From assembly GCA_027021705.1 (NCBI GenBank), contig JALUTT010000012.1:1-64000 (forward strand): DNA of 64,000 nucleotides, given 5' to 3'. The notes under the pieces were generated by a model that saw only the letters and a list, made by a program, of their open reading frames with translations, was not told the origin of the DNA and did no database searches. Source of the DNA: Anaerolineae bacterium (lineage in GTDB: Bacteria > Chloroflexota > Anaerolineae > S140-20). The translations under genes and the position numbers were made by a program. Positions within the stretch are counted from its first letter, which is position 1. Each line of letters starts with the position of its first letter. Below, in pieces: positions 59,001-64,000 of the stretch.

Positions 59001-60779
59001 GTGGAGCAGGTCCACCGTGTGCGTGGCGCTGACAGAGGTCGCCTGCCCCAGCAGCGACTCGGTGGCGGTGGCCGTGGCCGTGTTGGGCAAGGGGTCCGGA
59101 GCCTGGGTCGGGATCGCGTAGCTCACGCTGCAGGAGCGAGCCTCGCCGACGGCCAGGCTGCCGGTCGAGCAATCGGCGATCACGCCGCCCAGCAGGGGGT
59201 CGCTGACCTGCACGTTCTGCAGCGGAACGTTGCCGGTGTTGGTGACGGTGAAGTGGTAGGTGATGGTCTCCCCGGCGTGAGCCTGGGCCGGTCCGAGCTT
59301 GCTGAGGGCCAGCGCCGGCTGGGGCCGAAGGTTGCCCAACGCCACCTCTTTAACATCCCCGGAGCCCACCGTCACGGTTCCGGAGATGCCGGTGGTGGCG
59401 TACCAGCCGCTCTGGAGCGTCTCCTGGACGTAGTAGGTGCCGGCGGTTAGGTCTGGCGGATCGCGGTTGGGATCAGAACTGAAGACGACCCGTCCCTGGT
59501 CATCGGTCACCCCCTTCATCCCCACGACGGCGGAACCGTCGTCGCGGAAGAGCTGGAGTTCCCAGCCAGCCAGCGGCGCTTCGCCGGCGTCCCAGGTGCC
59601 GTCCAGATCATCGTCCTGGAAGGTCCGCCCGATGATGACGGGCAGCTTCACCTGGCCGAAGCCAACGGACCGGGTGTCGTTGTTCACCGTGACGGTCTGG
59701 GCTGTGGCTGTGGTGGAGTACCAGCCGCTTTGGAGCACTTCGACGACGGTGTAGGTGCCGTTGAGGCCGCTGAAGGTGACCTGGCCGTTGGCGTCGGTGG
59801 TCTGCTGGGCGATGAAGGCACCATTTCGGTAGAGGCGGATCGTCCAGCCGGCCAGTGCCGGCTCTCCCTCATCGTGGACCCCGTTCATGTTGTAGTCGTC
59901 GAAGCTGAGGGCTGTGATGGAGCCGTTGCCCGTCCAGGTGCCGGTGGCGTAGCCGTAGACCAGGCCGCTGCTCTCCTCACCCAGGACCAGCTTCTGCTTG
60001 TTGGTGTCCACCCCCACAAAGACGGTTCCCACAGGGAGGGAGAGGGTGGCCGAGGCGGTGATGTGGGCGGTCCCCGCCATGCCCAGGCTGAGGGTGAAGG
60101 TCGCCTCTCCGTTGGCATCGGTGGTGACCACATCCGTGGAGAGAGTTCCCTGGCTGGTGGCCAAGGTGACCTGGCGGCCGGCCACCGGCGTCCCACCTTG
60201 GGTGACGGTGACGGTGAAGGTTTGGCTGGCCCCAACGGGGTTGACGGTGCTGGCCGGGGTGATGACGATGTTGGGCGCATCAGCGGCGCAGGCATCGGCC
60301 GGAACCGCCTGGATGATCTCCCAGGCTCGCTGGCCGATGGTGGTGTTGGGGTCCGGCTGGAAGCCATCGGAGAAGTACCAAACGGCCGCCTGACGGGCTG
60401 CCATCTCTTGGTTCCGATTGCTCAGGGTGCCGGGAGCCCCATCGGGCCAGGGTGTGTAGTTGTTGGAACGAGGTGGGTAGTGGATCAGCAGCCACTTGAC
60501 CCGGCAGTCCATCTCCTGGTCGCTGGCCACGAAGGTGTCCCCCACGCCGACATGGTGGAGCATATCGGTGCAGAAGACGGGGACGGTGGGGCCATTGGTC
60601 AGGTCCATGTAGATGGTTCCGCCCCACCCGCTCCACGGACTGCCGTTAAGCGTGCCTTCAACCGTCGCCCCGGGCTTCCACCCGGACACTGTGCCGGTCT
60701 CGCCATCGGCCCAGGCAACGGGCACAGTGAGCAGCAAGAGTATCGTTACGATCGCTAGAGTTCGGTATCCCTTTTTCAT
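56037..60779 (-). CDS. Large surface adhesin: thioester domain, Ig-like/SdrD-B-like domains, TSP3-like Asp-rich repeats, C-terminal VYLPLV motif
   Basis: Signal peptide MKKGY...; VFCTD, RQAAVWYFSD, QKLV; DYNMNG..D.GE..LAGW repeats; VTNTGNVPL; ends AVYLPLVIGGGR. Confidence 0.85.
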   Translation of the reverse strand: MKKGYRTLAIVTILLLLTVPVAWADGETGTVSGWKPGATVEGTLNGSPWSGWGGTIYMDLTNGPTVPVFCTDMLHHVGVGDTFVASDQEMDCRVKWLLIHYPPRSNNYTPWPDGAPGTLSNRNQEMAARQAAVWYFSDGFQPDPNTTIGQRAWEIIQAVPADACAADAPNIVITPASTVNPVGASQTFTVTVTQGGTPVAGRQVTLATSQGTLSTDVVTTDANGEATFTLSLGMAGTAHITASATLSLPVGTVFVGVDTNKQKLVLGEESSGLVYGYATGTWTGNGSITALSFDDYNMNGVHDEGEPALAGWTIRLYRNGAFIAQQTTDANGQVTFSGLNGTYTVVEVLQSGWYSTTATAQTVTVNNDTRSVGFGQVKLPVIIGRTFQDDDLDGTWDAGEAPLAGWELQLFRDDGSAVVGMKGVTDDQGRVVFSSDPNRDPPDLTAGTYYVQETLQSGWYATTGISGTVTVGSGDVKEVALGNLRPQPALALSKLGPAQAHAGETITYHFTVTNTGNVPLQNVQVSDPLLGGVIADCSTGSLAVGEARSCSVSYAIPTQAPDPLPNTATATATESLLGQATSVSATHTVDLLHPALDLQAGGPAHAYPGETLTLTAVITNTGDAPLEQITVDAGFTITCPSTTLDPGATMTCSGSTVAGQANVITFTVTASGSDGLGGQASAQDQVVVSVDADGDGIPDLDEGTGDADNDGTPNYLDTDSDGDGIADGTEGTGDADNDGTPNYLDTDADGDGIADSTEGAGDADNDGTPNYLDTDADGDGIADGTEGAGDADNDGTPNYLDTDADGDGIADADEGTGDADNDGTPNYLDTDSDGDGIADADEGTGDADNDGTPNYLDTDADGDGIADGTEGTGDADNDGTPNYLDTDADGDGIADSTEGAGDADNDGTPNYLDTDADGDGIADGTEGTGDADNDGTPNYLDTDADNDGTPDAVEGTGDADNDGTPNYLDTDADGDGIADADEGTGDADNDGTPNYLDTDADGDGIADGTEGTGDADNDGTPNYLDTDADGDGIADADEGTGDADNDGTPNYLDTDSDGDGIADGTEGAGDADNDGTPNYLDADSDGDGIADSTEGAGDADNDGTPNYLDTDADNDGTPDAVEGTGDADGDGIPNFLDADDTDGPDADQDGDGLTNSQEAAIGTNPNSGDSDGDGIDDATEVGDPASPTDSDGDGTIDALDTDSDNDGIPDATEGTGDADSDGTPNYLDTDADGDGVADSVEGTGDADGDGVADYLDPDIQAGADSDGDGIPDTDEGNGDTDGDGTPNYQDTDADGDGIPDAAEGTGDADGDLTPNFLDTDSDGDTIPDAVEGAEDADGDGTPNFLDLDSDGDTIPDAVEGASDTDGDGTPNFLDLDSDGDTIPDAVEGAEDADGDGTPNFLDLDSDDDGIPDAIEGADDADGDGTPNFLDLDSDGDGIPDSVESGCAPVISSAGLLRPADGDNLCTNPDRDSDGDGTPDFLDTDSDDDGLSDAQEWSSGPDDPLAGCTANDPVCTDNDADDDGIPNYLDNDSDGDGIPDSQEGLKDSDRDGIPDYLDPDAAAGGGYSYAVYLPLVIGGGR
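57405..58705 (-). repeat. About 15 near-identical 84-bp (28-aa) coding tandem repeats
   Basis: Unit DADNDGTPNYLDTDADGDGIADxxEGxG counted in the translation; more diverged units continue to about 56100. Confidence 0.92.
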
Positions 60780-60883
60780 CGCCGTATCACGCTCCCAAAG
60801 TGATTTTCGACAGACCGACTGCCCCCATTCCAATCTATCACTTCCCGTTTTAACCCTCATAAAGGAAATGTTAAAATCAGATT

Positions 60884-60920
60884 AAAAAATCCCCGGCTCG
60901 TGGGAGGGAGAGCCGGGGAT
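60884..60920 (-). terminator. Rho-independent terminator after the DUF4230 gene
   Basis: ATCCCCGGCTC...GAGCCGGGGAT stem followed by a T-run on the minus strand. Confidence 0.8.
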
Positions 60921-60945
60921 GGCGGGCCTGAGCTACTTTCGAGGG

Positions 60946-61584
60946 TCACTCGCTGGTGACGAACTCGACCTGGTCGTAGCCGACGAGCTGAAGCAGCCGG
61001 CGGATCTCCTGCTCGGCGTTGCGCTGGGCCCGCTCCAGGATGCCGTTATCCAGGGCGGTCTGGCGGAAGCTCTCCACGGCCTGCTGGCGGGCCTCGCTCT
61101 CAATGACCTCGTTGGGGGAGACGAGGGGAGCTTCCTTACGTCGGTAGACATAGGTGCAATCGCGATCCTCGAAGAGGAAGACATCGAAGATCTCGGCTGG
61201 CGGCAGGCGGATGATGACGGTGCCGTTGTTGACCCGGACGTCATCCTCGGTCAGCTTCTTGAGGTCCACGCCAGCCGTCACCTTGCCGCAGGCGACCAGG
61301 AGCAGGTAGTCATCGGGCCAGATTTCCAGCAACCCTCGGGGGATGGTGACATCCACAACCGTGGAAAGGAAGTAGGCTTCGGTCTGCAATCGGGCCAGAG
61401 GGCGGAGTTGGTCAATGGCCGGCGGCAGCACGGTCACCGTGGGGGTGGGCTGGGCTATGACCTTTCGGACTCCTTGCGTGATCTGTTTGGGAAGATTCTC
61501 GTAGGTGAACCATACCGAACCGACCAGGACCACGATGGCGAAAAGATTGACGACGCTAGAAATGTTCAGACGAGAGCCACGCAT
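60946..61584 (-). CDS. DUF4230 domain protein
   Basis: N-terminal TM, LARLQT, GKVTAGVDL, IRLPPAEI, GILERAQRNA. Confidence 0.82.
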   Translation of the reverse strand: MRGSRLNISSVVNLFAIVVLVGSVWFTYENLPKQITQGVRKVIAQPTPTVTVLPPAIDQLRPLARLQTEAYFLSTVVDVTIPRGLLEIWPDDYLLLVACGKVTAGVDLKKLTEDDVRVNNGTVIIRLPPAEIFDVFLFEDRDCTYVYRRKEAPLVSPNEVIESEARQQAVESFRQTALDNGILERAQRNAEQEIRRLLQLVGYDQVEFVTSE

Positions 61585-61623
61585 AATTGCCCTCCTTCAA
61601 ATGGGTAGAAACAATGATGGAGA

Positions 61624-61655
61624 GGGTGCGATGCACCTGACGGCGCGTCGCACCC
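61624..61655. repeat. REP-like hairpin
   Basis: GGGTGCGATGCACC-TGAC-GGCGCGTCGCACCC imperfect inverted repeat. Confidence 0.55.
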
Positions 61656-61672
61656 AAGCGTGCCCTTTCTGC

Positions 61673-62152
61673 TCATCCCTTCACCGGACGGAAATGGACG
61701 ATGTCCAGGATGCTACCCCGACGTTCCGCTTTCTCCTTGAAGACCGCCTCCACCCGCATCCCCAGGCGGACCTGGTCCGGCTCCACGTCGCCCAGGAAGT
61801 GGACCAGCCCGCCGTCGGTGCCGTCCAACTGGATGAAGGCGAGGAGGCGGGGCTCCGGCAGGGGCTCCCCGTCCAGGTCCTGGTGGGCGACGGTGTAGGT
61901 GTAGACGTAACCGGTGGTGGGCACCTCTACCCACTCCTCCAGGTGGGCGAAGCACGCTTCGCAGTAGAGGCGAGGCGGCACGTAGATGAGGTCGCATTCC
62001 GGGCAGCGGGTGCCCAGGAATCGTCCATGCTCCTGGATCTCGCGGAAGAAGCGCTCGCCGGCGATGCCCACGGTGTAGCGGCTCTGGATGGGGATTTCGC
62101 CGAGCCAGGCTTTTGTCTGATCCAGCCGGGTAACGCGCTCTATCAGGGCCAT
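61673..62152 (-). CDS. Zn-ribbon/OB-fold (DUF35) protein
   Basis: GTRCPECDLIYVPPRLYCEAC, GYVYTYT, GMRVEAVF. Confidence 0.9.
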   Translation of the reverse strand: MALIERVTRLDQTKAWLGEIPIQSRYTVGIAGERFFREIQEHGRFLGTRCPECDLIYVPPRLYCEACFAHLEEWVEVPTTGYVYTYTVAHQDLDGEPLPEPRLLAFIQLDGTDGGLVHFLGDVEPDQVRLGMRVEAVFKEKAERRGSILDIVHFRPVKG

Positions 62153-62193
62153 CGTACCTCCTTCAGCACTGTTGTACTCGACGGGCGGCGAAC

Positions 62194-62700
62194 CTACGAC
62201 GCTACCGGCTTGAAGTAGGCGATGTCGGTGATCGCACCGGTGCGCTCCTCGGCAGGCTTCCAGACGGCCTGCACCCGCATCCCGATCTTCACCGCCTCCG
62301 GGTCCACCTCGCCCAGGAGGTGCATGATGCCCATCCCCGGCGATGCGCCATCTATGGCGATGACCGCCGGGATCTGGGGCTCCTCCAGGTGCACCATATC
62401 CCAGGTAATGTAGCAGAGGGAGTAGGTGACGACGGTACCGGTGTCCTGGAGGGGCACCCAGGCGTCGGTGGGCAGGAAGCAGTGCTCGCAGACCATCCGG
62501 GGAGGGATCAGCACGCGCCGACAGCCGGGGCAGTGGCGACCGACCAGGCGGCCGGCCTTCAGTTCCGCCAGGAAGCGCCCGATAGCGACGCCGGCGTCCC
62601 AGGCGTAGCGGGCCTTCGGGTCCCAGGTCTCGAAGAGGACACGCCCCTCCTCGAAATCTTTGCTGCGCAGGTACACGGTGTCGTAGACGTGTTCTTTCAT
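62194..62700 (-). CDS. Zn-ribbon/OB-fold (DUF35) protein
   Basis: GRHCPGCRRVLIPPRMVCEHC, GTVVTYS, GMRVQAVW. Confidence 0.9.
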   Translation of the reverse strand: MKEHVYDTVYLRSKDFEEGRVLFETWDPKARYAWDAGVAIGRFLAELKAGRLVGRHCPGCRRVLIPPRMVCEHCFLPTDAWVPLQDTGTVVTYSLCYITWDMVHLEEPQIPAVIAIDGASPGMGIMHLLGEVDPEAVKIGMRVQAVWKPAEERTGAITDIAYFKPVAS

Positions 62701-62719
62701 CGTTTGTCTCCTCGCAATT

Positions 62720-62843
62720 GGTCGCTTGGTCGTTTGGTCGGGTGGTCGTTTGGTCGGGTGGTTGCTTGGTCGGCCGGCCGCTTCCGTCATCGGATCTTCC
62801 GGCTACCCGACCACCGGACCACCAGACCACCCGACCACCCGAC
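62720..62843. repeat. Two oppositely oriented 8-mer tracts, (GGTCGnnT)n and (GACCACCn)n
   Basis: Directly visible; the tracts are mutually complementary. Confidence 0.8.
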
Positions 62844-64000
62844 TAAATTCCCAAGACCACGACGGTTCCGACCTGCATCAGGTCGCCCCAGGCCTGGGCC
62901 ACGCCGCGCCGGGGCTGCCCGGGCACCTGGCGGTCGCCGGCCTCCCCGCGAAGCTGCCAGAAGATCTCGGCCACCTTCATCAGGCCGGCAGCAGCGATGG
63001 GGTTGCCCACACCCAGCAGCCCACCGCTGGGGCAGACGGGCAGGTCTCCATCCCGCTGGGTGATCCCCAGGGCGGTGGCCTCCGGGGCCTTGCCCTTGTC
63101 GAAGAGCATCAGCCCTTCCAGGTGGTGCAGTTCCTTGTAGTCAAAGGGGTCGTAGGGCTCGGCGATGTGGATCTGCTTGCGAGGCTCGGTGATGCCGGCC
63201 ATCTTGTAGGCCATCCGGGCTGCCTCCTCCACGTAGGTCGGGTAGGAAAGGTCCCGATTGGTCCAGTAAGCGGTGTCCAGGCTCCACCCCACCCCTTCGA
63301 CCCAGACGGGCTTGTTGGTGACCCGGCGGGCGACGGACTCGGCAGCCATCACGATGGCCACGGCCCCGTCGCTGATGGGGCTGACGTCCAGCCGCTGCAC
63401 GGGCCAGGCCAGCACCTCCGAGTTGAGCACATCCTCCACGGTGATGTTGGGATCGCCCAGGAGGGCCGCCGGGTGGTCGGCAGCGTTGCGCTTGTTCTTG
63501 ACGGAGACGAGGGCGATGTCCCGCTTGTTCAGCCCGTAACGGCTCATGTAGGCGTTCATCTCCAGCGCGAAGATCCACAGCAGGTTGGGCCCCAAGGGGC
63601 GCTCCAGGGTGTGGTCGAAGATGGTCAGGAACGCGCCCTGGGGGTGAGGCTGGCAGGAGGACATCTTCTCCTCGCAGACGACCAGCACCGTGTCGAAGAG
63701 GCCGCTGGCGACGTGGTACCAGCCCTGGATGACGGAGAAGACGCCGGTGCCCCCGCCCACGTAACCTCGGATGACCGGCTTGCCCCAACCGCCGGCCCCA
63801 TCGGAGAGGTACTCGCTCTTCATATGGACGCCGTCGAAGGCCTCCGGTGCCGTGCCGATGACGACGGCGTCAATGTCGTCGAGGGTCATCTCGCAGGATT
63901 CCAAGGCTTTGCTGGCGGCCTCCCAAGCCAGTTCCTTGGGGGTCTCCTGGGCACGGCGGACGAATTTGGTCATCCCCGCGCCGACGATAGCAACGCGGTC
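62843..64000 (-). CDS. Thiolase-superfamily (SCP2-like) protein, 5'-partial
   Basis: RVAIVGAGMTKF, VSVKN, SPISDGA, EPYDPF, CPSGGLL; reading frame open to the window edge. Confidence 0.9.
   Translation of the reverse strand, partial: DRVAIVGAGMTKFVRRAQETPKELAWEAASKALESCEMTLDDIDAVVIGTAPEAFDGVHMKSEYLSDGAGGWGKPVIRGYVGGGTGVFSVIQGWYHVASGLFDTVLVVCEEKMSSCQPHPQGAFLTIFDHTLERPLGPNLLWIFALEMNAYMSRYGLNKRDIALVSVKNKRNAADHPAALLGDPNITVEDVLNSEVLAWPVQRLDVSPISDGAVAIVMAAESVARRVTNKPVWVEGVGWSLDTAYWTNRDLSYPTYVEEAARMAYKMAGITEPRKQIHIAEPYDPFDYKELHHLEGLMLFDKGKAPEATALGITQRDGDLPVCPSGGLLGVGNPIAAAGLMKVAEIFWQLRGEAGDRQVPGQPRRGVAQAWGDLMQVGTVVVLGI

Noticed and set aside
52203..59450. Very long plus-strand ORFs (747, 1337, 532 aa)
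   Set aside because: Antisense shadows of the GC-rich, Asp-repeat minus-strand genes; low-complexity Val/Gly/Arg translations.

Overview
GC-rich bacterial chromosomal window, most likely Chloroflexota (Anaerolineae-like), inferred from gene content and the [YF]LP-x-[VI] motif on secreted proteins. Mostly housekeeping and envelope genes: intein-containing UDP-sugar dehydrogenase, M16 peptidase pair, two moeA paralogues, prs, an aconitase-small-subunit/dehydrogenase pair, a GT-C glycosylation cluster, tRNA-Leu(CAG), truD, a Liv-type ABC/acyl-CoA ligase operon with panC inside it, two giant Asp-rich repeat surface proteins and a thiolase/DUF35 cluster. Interspersed are an EcoRV-like R-M system, several toxin-antitoxin modules and several decapitated gene remnants. 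Most notable observations: (1) the degenerate palindrome RTCGAY seems entirely absent although about 200 other TCGA sites occur (count by eye); (2) the DUF433/DUF5615 TA pair is bounded by integron core sites with half an attC and no integrase in the window; (3) a five-copy MITE/REP-like family with ACCCTCCCGCAGG terminal inverted repeats; (4) a circularly permuted subtilase with its propeptide at the C-terminus; (5) a thioester-domain adhesin; (6) pervasive intergenic 7-8-mer repeat tracts. All family assignments come from motif recognition by eye, not database searches.
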